Part shown: positions 30,806 to 41,113 of the stretch, piece after piece | Layout of the letters: every line of letters begins with the position of its first letter | Position numbering within the stretch: position 1 is the first letter of the stretch | Virus record (IMG/VR): IMGVR_UViG_3300028610_002494 | Coordinates: 47,838 to 111,837 of that record | DNA: 64,000 bases | Source: a virus | Reading direction: 5' to 3' (one strand) | The notes under the pieces: generated by a model | The model's input: the letters and a program-made list of their open reading frames with translations, nothing else | The model's database searches: none | Told to the model about the DNA's origin: nothing | Position numbers and translations under genes: made by a program

Positions 30806-31543
30806 ATGAAAAAGAGGAAAAAATTGATTCTTAAATTGTCAAAACAGTTTATTGAGGAAATTACTCCATTTGAAACAATTTATTGTCAACAATCAGGTGG
30901 AATTCATTCTTCTGCTATTGCATATTTATTAAAAGATTATGGTTTTAAAAATGTTTCACTCATTCATAACTTAACATATTTAGAATATCCAGAATGTTTG
31001 AATCTAATTCAAAGAATTATTTATGATACAGATTATTCTTATAATTTGATATATCCTAATCTTAAAGGAAAGAGAATGTCTGAAATTATGAAAGAATCAT
31101 TTTTAGCAATACCAAAAATAAAAAAAGGACTAAAAGATGGAACAATTAAATCAGGAAACGTCCGAGACCATATAACTTGTTGTAAATTCCTTAAAAAGAC
31201 TTCAAGTAGAATATGGTACACTAAAAACATTAATAAAGAGACCAGTGTTGTTATTATGGCAATAACACCATATGAAAGTAAGAATAGAAAGAGACATCTT
31301 ACTGAATTAAGAAGAAAAAGGACTTATCTTAGACTACACAAAAAACACGGAAATGTATGGCATGCATATCCATTTAGAGATATTTATAGTGGATATCATT
31401 TTTATAAATATTTAATGAGTAAAAATGTAGTTCCAATACATAGTAGTTGTCAAATCTGTCCTATGAGAATAATTTTTAATATGACTTATCCAGATGATAA
31501 GACACTTTTGTATTACAGAAAACTAAAATCAGCTGGAGATTGA
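30806..31543 (+). CDS. PAPS reductase-like / PP-loop protein
   Basis: SGGIHSS; TYLEYPE; CCKFLKK; SSCQICP. Confidence 0.7.
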   Translation: MKKRKKLILKLSKQFIEEITPFETIYCQQSGGIHSSAIAYLLKDYGFKNVSLIHNLTYLEYPECLNLIQRIIYDTDYSYNLIYPNLKGKRMSEIMKESFLAIPKIKKGLKDGTIKSGNVRDHITCCKFLKKTSSRIWYTKNINKETSVVIMAITPYESKNRKRHLTELRRKRTYLRLHKKHGNVWHAYPFRDIYSGYHFYKYLMSKNVVPIHSSCQICPMRIIFNMTYPDDKTLLYYRKLKSAGD

Positions 31544-31759
31544 AATTAAATCAAAAAACTTACCTGAAGAATGAAAAAATGTGAAAAATAATGGAAGGCA
31601 TAAGAAAACCAAGAATAAATAATAAATTAAGGGATGTAATGATAACACTTAATAAACTTAATAAAGAAGGAACAATTAATAGTTTAAGTGTAATTCCAAG
31701 TGGTATAAATGCTTGTGCTAATTATGATTATATTTCGTTTAAAATACCAAAAAATAATA

Positions 31760-31850
31760 TATAAACCTTGTTTATATAAACCTTGTTTATACAATCCTAT
31801 TATAATAAAAATATTTATATTTAAAAGTAGTTATTAAATAATTAAGGAAA
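31760..31850 (+). promoter_or_regulatory. Tandem dyad plus promoter module, duplicated at 52217-52307
   Basis: Two dyads (spacer CTT). 31775-31850 is nearly identical to 52232-52307, including the TATA box and AAGTAGTTATTA. Confidence 0.8.
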
Positions 31851-32185
31851 AATAGTTAAATTAAAATATAAATAGAGTTGAAAAAATGTTTGCAATAGAA
31901 CATGAAACAGATTGGATAGAAGGAGAATGTATTTCTATAAGTTTAAAAGAAGAAGAAACATTTCTTGGTAATCATAATGAAGATTTTAAATGGATCGCAG
32001 AAAAAACACTTCATTATGGTGGTGATACTATTGATAAAACATATTATAGAATCACAAAGAATGGAATATATATTAAGTTCTTCAGAAAAGAAGATGAAGG
32101 AATATATGGTATCCATTTTGTTCCACACGATAATATAATATTATTTGAAGTATATGAAAAAAAGAATAACTAAAAAAATGATAAA

Positions 32186-33082
32186 ATGTCAAAAAACACA
32201 TTTAAAAACACATTTAAAAATAGGAAAAAGATAAGAAATCTTCAACAAAATAAAAGAAAACCTAAGAAATTAGTTTTTAATCCTAAAAAATATAAATTCA
32301 AGTGTTTACAATGTGGAAATTGTTGTAGTACACTTTTAGATAATGCAATGATTAGTCCTATTCCATCTTTCAATCATAAAGGAATTTTTGTAAAAAAACC
32401 AAAAAATGGAGTTATTATATTTCAGTTTGAGATTGATAAAATAAAACGAAATCTTACTCAAGAACAATTATCAAAAATTAATTATGGAACTACTATTTTT
32501 TTGAAAGATTATCCTGTTGGGTTTGTTGCTACATATCAAATAGAATACAACAAATATGGTCATTGTAGTTTTTTTGATTTCAGGACAAAAAAATGTAATA
32601 TCTACAATTTTCGACCTTTTTCATGCAGACTACATCCTCTTTTTTATTCAGGTAATTTTACGTTTACTATGGGTGGTGGCGACTTAAGTAGATGCAAATC
32701 AATTCAATCAGAAATTGCACACCAAAATTCTATAAATATTGAAAATATAGATATAACCCATTTTGAGTTTTCAGATAATGAATTAATACATTCCTTTCCT
32801 TCTTTTACACAAGAAAAATTAAAGATAGTACAAATAGACTTAGTTGGACATATATTTTTAGATTATTTTTTTGATATTATTATATTAGATCCAATCCAAT
32901 TAACTCCAAATAGAATAGAAATATATAAACTTTTAGATTTTAAAAATTTTACAAAATGGTTTAAAATTAATATAAAAAATAAAAAATTATTAGAAAGATT
33001 AAATAAATACCAAGAAGAATTAAATGATTTCAACCAAACAGGAGATATATTTAATAAAAAATATTTAAAAATAATTAAATAA
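32186..33082 (+). CDS. YkgJ/UPF0153 cysteine-cluster protein
   Basis: FKCLQCGNCC...CSFFD...CNIYNFRPFSCRLHP. Confidence 0.85.
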   Translation: MSKNTFKNTFKNRKKIRNLQQNKRKPKKLVFNPKKYKFKCLQCGNCCSTLLDNAMISPIPSFNHKGIFVKKPKNGVIIFQFEIDKIKRNLTQEQLSKINYGTTIFLKDYPVGFVATYQIEYNKYGHCSFFDFRTKKCNIYNFRPFSCRLHPLFYSGNFTFTMGGGDLSRCKSIQSEIAHQNSINIENIDITHFEFSDNELIHSFPSFTQEKLKIVQIDLVGHIFLDYFFDIIILDPIQLTPNRIEIYKLLDFKNFTKWFKINIKNKKLLERLNKYQEELNDFNQTGDIFNKKYLKIIK

Positions 33083-33093
33083 AAGGTATAAAA

Positions 33094-34887
33094 ATGAGTA
33101 AAAGATTAAGAAAATATATAATAACATCTAAAGAAGAAGAAAAATTAATAAAAAGGGCACTGAAAAAAAGAGAAGAAAAAATAATTGATTATTATTCACA
33201 ACAAAAAGAAAATGAAGATTTAAACGAAATAGAAGATGATATTTTAGCTTATTTTGATGTTGATGATGAATGGTATCATTGTAAAGGATATAATTATTAT
33301 GGTGAAACAGAAGGATTATTCTTGAATTCTTGGAAATTATTAGTTGATAGTTATTTAAAATCTGATTTAATAGAAGATTTTCTTTATATCCTTGAAGATC
33401 TTTCAGTTGGTATAATTTGTGGATGGACTAAAGAAACAAAAAAATTTGATGAAATAATAAAAAAAATAAACAAGTATTCTATAGAAGTTCATAATATTGA
33501 TATTAATGAATGTTTAGAAGAAATTGGTAAAACAAAAAGAAAACAATATAAAATAGATAAAAAGAACTATGATGAAAGAAAAGAAGAACAAAGAAAACAT
33601 GAAGAAAAAATACTAAAAGAATCAGAAATTGATTTTAGTAAGTTTGATAAAAAAGACTTTGAATTGTGGAACAAAATAAAAAAAAGATTACATCCTTCTA
33701 ATTATTTAAGACTAAATGAAGAAGTTTATAGAAAAAAAACCAATAAAGAAATACAGGAAATATTTAACATAATCAAAGAAAATGAATTAAAAAATGACAA
33801 TAAATCAAAAGAACAAGTTTTAAAAGAAAAAAATTATTGGAAATTAGATGTATATGATTTAGAAAGATATAATGGGATTTCTTTACAACAATTAACTAAA
33901 ATTGAGATTAGTTTTTTAACATTTAATGGAATTATATTATGGAAAGATGTATTATTATTCTTAAAAGATGAAATTGATGCATCGGATGGATTTCTTGACG
34001 ATGAATTTCATACAGGTGGTTATTCTTATTCTCATGTTGGTCAAGAAGGTAATGAATTACAAGAATTAACATCAATTGGTGTAATTAAACCAAGTCTTGA
34101 TTATGATTGTAATTTAGGAAATAAACACTATACACATGGATGCAAACATATGTATTATTTTCATTTAACAATAGAAGGAAAAAGATTTATTGATTTTATG
34201 AATTGGCATAATGAACACTATACTTCAGAAGAAATAAATATCATAAAAAATGAATCATTAAATTATTTTTATTATGATCCTGAATTTAAAGAGATATATC
34301 AAGAATATCTACAATTAAGAAAAAAAGAAGAATATAAAATTGAAGAAAATGAAGAAATATTACAAATAAGTAAAATAAAAAAATTAGGTTATTCTAAAAG
34401 TTATCCTAAAGAAAAAATCTATAAATCTGATAACTGGAAAATAAGATCAGAAGAAATTAGAAAAAGAGATTCACAAATAGACTTATTAAGGTTATTTGAT
34501 GATGGTATTATAACAAAAAGTGAACCTATTCACCATATATTTCCTATAAAGTTTTTTCCTGAAATAGCTTTAGAACCATATAATTTAATAGCATTAGATA
34601 TATCTCATCATAAAAGTATTTATAAGGATTACAGAAATCCTTTAGATTTATTTAAAAGAATGATTGAAATACATAAAATTTGGAGAAATCATAAGAAAAA
34701 ATATGGGGAAAAAATATTAATGAAAATAATTTCTATTATTTCAAGACAGTATGAAATAACAACCAACCTTGAAAAAATAAAAACTAAAAAGAAAAATTAT
34801 ACAAAAGAATTAGGAACACTAACAAAAAAGATTGATGTTCTTGAAAAAAAAACAATAAATAATATTAAGAAAATCTTACCTATATAA
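33094..34887 (+). CDS. Large protein with C-terminal HNH endonuclease domain
   Basis: YKSDNWKIRSEEIRKRD...IHHIFP...NLIALDISHH. Confidence 0.6.
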   Translation: MSKRLRKYIITSKEEEKLIKRALKKREEKIIDYYSQQKENEDLNEIEDDILAYFDVDDEWYHCKGYNYYGETEGLFLNSWKLLVDSYLKSDLIEDFLYILEDLSVGIICGWTKETKKFDEIIKKINKYSIEVHNIDINECLEEIGKTKRKQYKIDKKNYDERKEEQRKHEEKILKESEIDFSKFDKKDFELWNKIKKRLHPSNYLRLNEEVYRKKTNKEIQEIFNIIKENELKNDNKSKEQVLKEKNYWKLDVYDLERYNGISLQQLTKIEISFLTFNGIILWKDVLLFLKDEIDASDGFLDDEFHTGGYSYSHVGQEGNELQELTSIGVIKPSLDYDCNLGNKHYTHGCKHMYYFHLTIEGKRFIDFMNWHNEHYTSEEINIIKNESLNYFYYDPEFKEIYQEYLQLRKKEEYKIEENEEILQISKIKKLGYSKSYPKEKIYKSDNWKIRSEEIRKRDSQIDLLRLFDDGIITKSEPIHHIFPIKFFPEIALEPYNLIALDISHHKSIYKDYRNPLDLFKRMIEIHKIWRNHKKKYGEKILMKIISIISRQYEITTNLEKIKTKKKNYTKELGTLTKKIDVLEKKTINNIKKILPI

Positions 34888-34914
34888 ACCTTGTTTATAT
34901 AAACTCTGTTTATA
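34883..34914. promoter_or_regulatory. Tandem dyad upstream of helicase
   Basis: Spacers CTT and TCT. Confidence 0.8.
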
Positions 34915-34953
34915 ATTATCCTTTTAAACCCATAAGATAATATATATTTATCT

Positions 34954-37032
34954 ATGTCTATTTTTAGTCAACTTAAAAAAATTAATCCACTTAAATTGGA
35001 TGAATATTTAGAAGACTCTTGGTTGTTGAGTTATGAAGAAGGAATTAATTTAACTCATTATTATGTCAAAAAACTCATTAAAAACATCCATGTTGATTCC
35101 CATTTAAAATTAAGATGGTTGATACTTAACGATAAATATAAAAAAGCTTTTTTTAGTTCTACAAGAATCCATTTATTCCGAACCCATACAGGTTCAGGGA
35201 AAACTGTCACAAGTGTGATGTGGGTTAAATTTTTGACACAATTAAGTTCCAAAATTGAAGGATTTGTGGTGCTTTCTGCTGAATATGATCATGGCACTAC
35301 TGAGATAGAAAAAATTATAATAAAACACGGAAATCAGGTTGATTATATTAGGTTTGAAGGAAAAAATAGGTTATGTACTCAACGACATATCAAAATAAAC
35401 AAAAAAGGAACAACAATTGAGACTTTAATGAAAAATGGAATCTCAATCAAGAGATATTGTGAAAATGATTGTCCAGAATTAAAAACCTGTATATATAAAT
35501 GTAATTGTGCTCAAGTTATAGCACCAATAGAAAAAGGTGGTATTAAGAATTGGATTGGAGTCCAACACCAAATTGGTCATTTCTTACCAATTTTTATGTA
35601 TCATGTTGGAAATATTTTCCTTGTTATAGACGAGAATTTTTCAGACGCAATTAAGGAACACCACAAATATGGAGTACCAATACTAAAAGAAAATATTAAG
35701 TTTTTAAATATGATATTAAAAAATATAAATCCAATAGTTGAAGAGAATTATTGGTATTTTGTGAATGAATTTAAAAAGCTTTTAACTAATTTTAAACAAT
35801 ATTTATTTAAACACTTAACAGAACTTGATTATGAATTAATTGGAGATATTTTAGACAATATAGACGATTCTAAAGGAATAGATAATCTTTATACTGATAA
35901 ACTAAATGAACAAGCATTTGATTATGTAAAAAATGGTAAAATTAAACCATTTAAATTCATTTTTGGAGAAATCTGTAATTTCATAGATAACTATGAGGAA
36001 TTATTAAACTCTAATTATGATGATATTAATAACTGGATGAGAGCGAGTTTCTATAAAAAACAAGATAAGTATGAGATAACATTTTTGTACTATGATAAAT
36101 ATAAACTGGATGCTTTGTTTAACAGAGATAATTTAACCAAATTGATAATTAATGATGCCACTGCTAATAAGATTGAATTAAGCTATTTAATTGGTGATAA
36201 AGAACCAGTAATTGAACACAATGAAAATTGGATGTATGAGAATTGTGAGTTTCATCAACTTAATAAAAGAGTTAATGTACAAAAAATTAATGCCAAAAAT
36301 AATAGAGAATATAAGAAATTTGCTCATTACCCTAAAACATCATTTATGTTTGAAAAGACTTTTTTTTATTTGATTGGAGATCTAAAAGTAATCTTAGAGC
36401 GACACAAGGATGAACCTGTGCTTGTTGTGGCAAGAGAAATAGAAGGAAAAGATCTCAAATTCAATGGTGGAATAAAACTTTCTGATTATATTCAAACTTT
36501 AGGATATAATAATGTTATTTTTGAGGATTATCCACTCAAAGCAACTAATGAATATTCTGATATTAATGTAGTGGTATTATTAGGTAAACCAGAATTGCCA
36601 ACAGCAGTAATTAAAAGACAATCCACTTTAATAGGTATGGAACATAATGAATATAGAGAAATGTACTCTAAGACTAATATGGTTCAAGCAATAGGACGTA
36701 TTATGCGTGGAAATGAACTAAAATATGTTTATATTCTTACTGGGTTTGATTTGAAGTTGAATAGACCAGTAAAAAGCTATAAAAGTCATACAGATTTGAG
36801 AAATAGTCTTTTGGCTGAGATTAAAGCTATTAAAATAAAAAAAATTGAGATCTTTAGATATAATATAATATCAACCTATATAAAAAAACACAAATATATC
36901 ACAATAAAAAAATGTGAAGAACTGTTTAAGATATCAAACTATAAAGCAAGTATAATCCTTAAAAATTTTGAAAAGCAAGGAAAACTTAAATCCAAGAAAA
37001 TTGAGAGAGGAAGGTTTGTTTTCACATTTTAG
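34954..37032 (+). CDS. SF2 (DinG/XPD-like) Fe-S helicase with C-terminal wHTH, putative replication/origin-binding protein
   Basis: Walker A TGSGKT; GKNRLC...YCENDC....C.Y; LVIDE; DAT; QAIGRIMR; C-terminal HTH-like tail. Confidence 0.75.
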   Translation: MSIFSQLKKINPLKLDEYLEDSWLLSYEEGINLTHYYVKKLIKNIHVDSHLKLRWLILNDKYKKAFFSSTRIHLFRTHTGSGKTVTSVMWVKFLTQLSSKIEGFVVLSAEYDHGTTEIEKIIIKHGNQVDYIRFEGKNRLCTQRHIKINKKGTTIETLMKNGISIKRYCENDCPELKTCIYKCNCAQVIAPIEKGGIKNWIGVQHQIGHFLPIFMYHVGNIFLVIDENFSDAIKEHHKYGVPILKENIKFLNMILKNINPIVEENYWYFVNEFKKLLTNFKQYLFKHLTELDYELIGDILDNIDDSKGIDNLYTDKLNEQAFDYVKNGKIKPFKFIFGEICNFIDNYEELLNSNYDDINNWMRASFYKKQDKYEITFLYYDKYKLDALFNRDNLTKLIINDATANKIELSYLIGDKEPVIEHNENWMYENCEFHQLNKRVNVQKINAKNNREYKKFAHYPKTSFMFEKTFFYLIGDLKVILERHKDEPVLVVAREIEGKDLKFNGGIKLSDYIQTLGYNNVIFEDYPLKATNEYSDINVVVLLGKPELPTAVIKRQSTLIGMEHNEYREMYSKTNMVQAIGRIMRGNELKYVYILTGFDLKLNRPVKSYKSHTDLRNSLLAEIKAIKIKKIEIFRYNIISTYIKKHKYITIKKCEELFKISNYKASIILKNFEKQGKLKSKKIERGRFVFTF

Positions 37033-37065
37033 AAAAAATTAAATTATATTTTAATACTTCCAACC

Positions 37066-37171
37066 TCTAAAACCCAGTTTTAAATTTTTTCTCCTCTCTA
37101 TAAAATTATTATATTCTTTTCTCTTTACTATTTTGTAGAGAGAACAACTTCTTTTAAAACTGGGTTTTAGA
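37066..37171. repeat. Nested inverted repeat (candidate replication origin)
   Basis: Perfect 19-bp IR TCTAAAACCCAGTTTTAAA / TTTAAAACTGGGTTTTAGA enclosing a 13-bp IR (37094-37106/37130-37142, 1 mismatch), in the longest non-coding gap. Confidence 0.75.
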
Positions 37172-37550
37172 AACTTCTATTCATATCAAGTGATACCCAA
37201 AAAATCAAAAAAATTATTTTTTCCATTATCTGGTGTACATTTAGTATTTTATTTATATTGTTCTGGTATCTTGTTTCATAATTTAAGTGTTCTAATTGTG
37301 TAAACAAAACTAAACAAGGTTTAATTTTTTTAAAAAAAATAATTATTTTTTATGATTATTTTTTGATAGAAAACCATAGTAGAAGATTTAAGTACATAAT
37401 AGAACATATAAACATTGCAGACACAATAATTTTTCAAAAGTTGGTGTAAAGCTTGTAAAAAAAAATGTATGTAAAAAATTAAGAAAAACGACATTTTAAA
37501 CGATTTTTTATTTTTTTTAGAATATTTATATTTTTAAAGAAATGCATTTC

Positions 37551-37591
37551 ACAAAAGTATATATGTATAAATAGTCTTTATAGAATTAAGG
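37551..37591 (+). promoter_or_regulatory. Conserved archaeal promoter (BRE-TATA-AAATAGTCTTTA); TATA boxes also at 10629, 17644, 40910 and 46048
   Basis: In five intergenic sites a TATA-like octamer begins exactly 11 nt before an identical AAATAGTCTTTA 12-mer. Confidence 0.75.
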
Positions 37592-37637
37592 AAAAAAAAT
37601 TTAAAAAATAACCTAAAAAACTAAGGAGTTGGTTTAA

Positions 37638-39194
37638 ATGGGAGAAAGAACAGATTTTGTAATGGCACAGGAACTTTTAAAGAGTGTTATTTTTGATCAA
37701 GCAGGCAGTGTTATTAAAGCTATTGAAGAACTATTCCAAAATAGTATTGATGCTGGTGCTACTAAAATAGAAATTATAATAAATAAGGAAGGAATGATAT
37801 TTTCAGATAATGGAAAAGGAATGAACAAAAAAGAAATTAATACTTATTTTAGACAATTTGGAAATTCAGCAAAAGCAGGAGACTCAACCAAAATAGGTAA
37901 ATATGGAATTGGAAGAGGTCAAGTATTTGCTCAAGGATGGAATAGGTGGAGAACTCAAACTTTTATGATGAGAACAAATTGTAAACAGAGTTTATCATAC
38001 AGACTAAAAGAAAGATTAATACATTTAAATGGAATGAGTGTTTATGTCATGTTCTATGAAAAAATGGATAATTGGACATATGACAGAACTGTTTCATTAA
38101 TTAAGGAATATGTTATTCCTAAAAGAATTGAAATAACTATAAATGGATCAAAATTCACTGAGGAAGATGCTGGAATAACAAGAATTGATGATTATAGTAA
38201 TGAGTCTTTTGAAGTATTTGAAAGTTGTTTGTATGAAAGACGAATTTTTGCCCAAGCATTATTTGTAAAGAAGTTTAATACTACAACTAAATACAATATT
38301 AATTGTAAAGGAAAAATGAAGTTAAATACCGCAAGAAATGATTTACACGAAGACAGGAAATCAACTAAAGAACTTTATGATTTAATTGCAAGAATTGAAA
38401 GAGAAGAACTTTTGAAAGCTAAACGATTTGATGCAACAACAGGAAAACAAATTCTTAAATACATAAGGAATGGAAAGCTAAACATAATTGATTTTATGGA
38501 TAAAAAAATAATTGAATTAGCTGATGGAGAATTGGTTTCGATAAAAGATATTAATGGTAAAAAAGTGATGTTTGGTGAAAAGAATGATACTTCTGATCGA
38601 GCAATTCAAGCAGGATATATAGTAGTTAATAACAATTTTAAATGGGTTCTAACTGAATTAAGTAAACAGAAAAAAGTTGGATATACAAGAGATTATAGAA
38701 GTCCTGCTGAAGTAGTTCCAAAAGGTTATCGTAAACAAATAGAAGAAGCAAGACTTTTTAAAACTCACGGTAAAAAAGCTTTATTACATTGGTATTTAGC
38801 AAAAGAAATGAACAAAAGAATATTTGGAGATGAAAGAGAACTTTCAATTGGTTCTTCTGATATTGCAGAAGCTTGGACTGATGGACATTATAATATAACA
38901 CTAAATGCAAGTATGTTTAAGAAAAGAGACAAACGAGGAGTGGTTGTTATGAATGTTTTTCATGTTCTTTGTCATGAGTATGCTCACGAGAATGATGATA
39001 CAAATGAAACAAGTCATGATGGAAACTTTTACAAACGATACTATGAATTGGTTGAACAAAAGAAGAGAAGAATTGGTGATTTTGTTGTTTTTGTTGGTCT
39101 TAGAGAAATTGAGAGAAATTATAAACAAGATATTGAAGATGATATCTTTAGTGCAAAATTATTAAAAACTAATAGAAAAAAAAGAAGTGGTTAA
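37638..39194 (+). CDS. GHKL (Hsp90/MORC-like) ATPase with C-terminal HExxH metallopeptidase-like motif
   Basis: EELFQNSIDAGA; DNGKGM; GKYGIG; HVLCHEYAH...SHDGNFY. Confidence 0.8.
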   Translation: MGERTDFVMAQELLKSVIFDQAGSVIKAIEELFQNSIDAGATKIEIIINKEGMIFSDNGKGMNKKEINTYFRQFGNSAKAGDSTKIGKYGIGRGQVFAQGWNRWRTQTFMMRTNCKQSLSYRLKERLIHLNGMSVYVMFYEKMDNWTYDRTVSLIKEYVIPKRIEITINGSKFTEEDAGITRIDDYSNESFEVFESCLYERRIFAQALFVKKFNTTTKYNINCKGKMKLNTARNDLHEDRKSTKELYDLIARIEREELLKAKRFDATTGKQILKYIRNGKLNIIDFMDKKIIELADGELVSIKDINGKKVMFGEKNDTSDRAIQAGYIVVNNNFKWVLTELSKQKKVGYTRDYRSPAEVVPKGYRKQIEEARLFKTHGKKALLHWYLAKEMNKRIFGDERELSIGSSDIAEAWTDGHYNITLNASMFKKRDKRGVVVMNVFHVLCHEYAHENDDTNETSHDGNFYKRYYELVEQKKRRIGDFVVFVGLREIERNYKQDIEDDIFSAKLLKTNRKKRSG

Positions 39195-39427
39195 AAAATG
39201 TTATACAAATTATTTATTGATGATATGAGAAATGCTATTTCTCATGCTTATTTAACTCGAAGTGTTCAAGAGAATATTAAAATAAAGATTAGAGCTATTG
39301 AATCTTGTTTTAATACTTGGGTTAATCGATTAAATAAATCTGAGAAAAGAGTATATAAGGAAGACATAAATTCTTTCAGAGAGGATTTAAAAGCAATACT
39401 AAAAGAAATTTATAAAAACTAATTGAT

Positions 39428-39474
39428 TTATTTTTTTGTAAGTGTGTTTAGGTTTCCTTAACACCAATAAAAAT
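39428..39474 (+). repeat. Bulged-hairpin element, copy 4
   Basis: TTTTTTTG-TAAGT-GTGT-TTAG-GTTTC-CTTA-ACAC-CAATAAAAAT. Confidence 0.9.
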
Positions 39475-40085
39475 AAAATTACAAAAAGAAGGTAAATAAA
39501 AATGAATTTAACAGAAAAAGGAAAAGAACAAACAAAATTAATCTCGAAAATGTTAGCTGATATTAGAACCGAATTTATGAAAGCTTTTCTTAATTTTGAA
39601 GAAAAGGATATTATCCTAATTCTTGATATAAAATATATGAAACAGAGTTTTATGAGATGGGTAAATAAAAAATAAGAGGTTAAAAGAGAATGGAAAATAT
39701 TAGACCAAGAAATGAAATAAGAGCTTTATGTCCACGGTGTGGAGGATCATATAGTGGATACCCTGCTTTAAGTCGTCGTGATAACAAAAGTAAGATATGT
39801 TCTGATTGTGGAAACGAAGAAGCGATATTTGATCTTAAGATGCATCTATGGGATGATGAAAAAGAAAAGAAAGAATTAATAATAAAAGAAAAGAAGTGGT
39901 TAGAAATGTCTAAAAAAAGTGAAGTAATTATATGGGAAGGATTTAAGTGGACAATGGAAGAAGGAGAAACTGTGGATGATGTTATAGATAAACTTAATGA
40001 TGGTGCAATAACTTCCTATGCAAACCATTTCATAAAAATTACTGATTTAAATGGAATTGTACTTAAAGAAATAAATATTTAATTT

Positions 40086-40128
40086 TTTTTATTGTTAGTG
40101 TGCCAGATTTCCTGAGCACCAATAAAAA
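40086..40128 (+). repeat. Bulged-hairpin element, copy 5
   Basis: TTTTTATTG-TTAGT-GTGC-CAG-ATTTC-CTG-A-GCAC-CAATAAAAA. Confidence 0.9.
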
Positions 40129-40401
40129 TAAAGAAAAGAGTTGATTAAAAATGGTTAAAAAAGAGACTATGGAAAATTATAAAAAAGAACTTTTTGATTT
40201 AGCATTACATCTTGAAAATTGGTTAAATGGAATTGTTATTGAATCTTGGGATGCAGAAAATTTAAGAAATAGAGTAGTTAGTAAGATTCGTCTTTTTAAA
40301 CAAGATGGACATACTGATGTATTTCATCCTGATATTGATCGTGGACAAGTAGTAGAAAGAATGAAGGAACAGAATGTTAAATCATAAATATAAAAATAAA
40401 T

Positions 40402-40445
40402 TTTTTATTGTAAGTGTGTTTAGGTTTCCTGAGCACCAATAAAAA
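40402..40445 (+). repeat. Bulged-hairpin element, copy 6
   Basis: TTTTTATTG-TAAGT-GTGT-TTAG-GTTTC-CTGA-GCAC-CAATAAAAA. Confidence 0.9.
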
Positions 40446-41113
40446 TAAAAAACTCAAAAGAGGTGTAAATTATGGTTGAAGAAGTTAAAGCTTATAAAAC
40501 AACAGATAACGTTATATTTGAAAATGAAAAAAATGCTAAAAAACATCAAATAGAAATAGATTTTGATGATGGATTAAAAAAGTTAGTAGAAAAACACATA
40601 TCATATTATGATAATGAAGTTATGGTATTTGATTTCATTAAAGAACATAAAATAGAAATATTTAATTTATTATTATTAAAAAACATTTAAAAGAGAATAA
40701 AAAATGCCAGAATGTATGGAATGTGGAAAGGATATTGAATTAACCCAATGGAACATTTGGAATATATTTCATATTTGTTATGAATGTGAAGAACATTTGA
40801 ACGAAAAAGCAAGGTGTCCATATTGTAATGGATATTTTCCATGTCTTAGAGCATCAAAATTTAAGGAACATATTGAAAATTGCAGAAAAAATAAAAAAAT
40901 TCACAAAAATTTAAATGTATAAATAGTCTTTACAGATTATAGAGAGAACGTCAGTAGTAAAAAAATTTTGAGTTTATATAAATAACCTATGAATAGAGAC
41001 GAAATTATAAAACATGAGAAAAAAGCCTGTACTATGCGAAACATTTATATACTTTATTTCTACAGAGGGATAATTTAAGTAAATTGAAAAATAAAATTAA
41101 AAGAGATAAAAAA

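Larger units (their letters stand above)
22882..32173 (+). other. Array of ~30 small accessory ORFs (membrane, Zn-finger and orphan proteins)
   Basis: Tightly packed ~50-250-aa ORFs with SD sites, punctuated by hairpin and dyad repeats. Confidence 0.75.
39198..40922 (+). other. Second small-ORF array punctuated by hairpin repeats
   Basis: Six or seven short ORFs, two with Zn fingers; three hairpin copies at junctions. Confidence 0.7.

Noticed and set aside
25976-40445. Hairpin repeats as a CRISPR array
   Set aside because: Spacing is roughly 290-660 bp with intact ORFs between copies, the repeats vary, and there is no cas operon. The Cas4-like gene sits in the replication module.
40940-41045. 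Hammerhead-like fragments (GTC, GACGAAA)
   Set aside because: No CUGANGA core with supporting stems on either strand.
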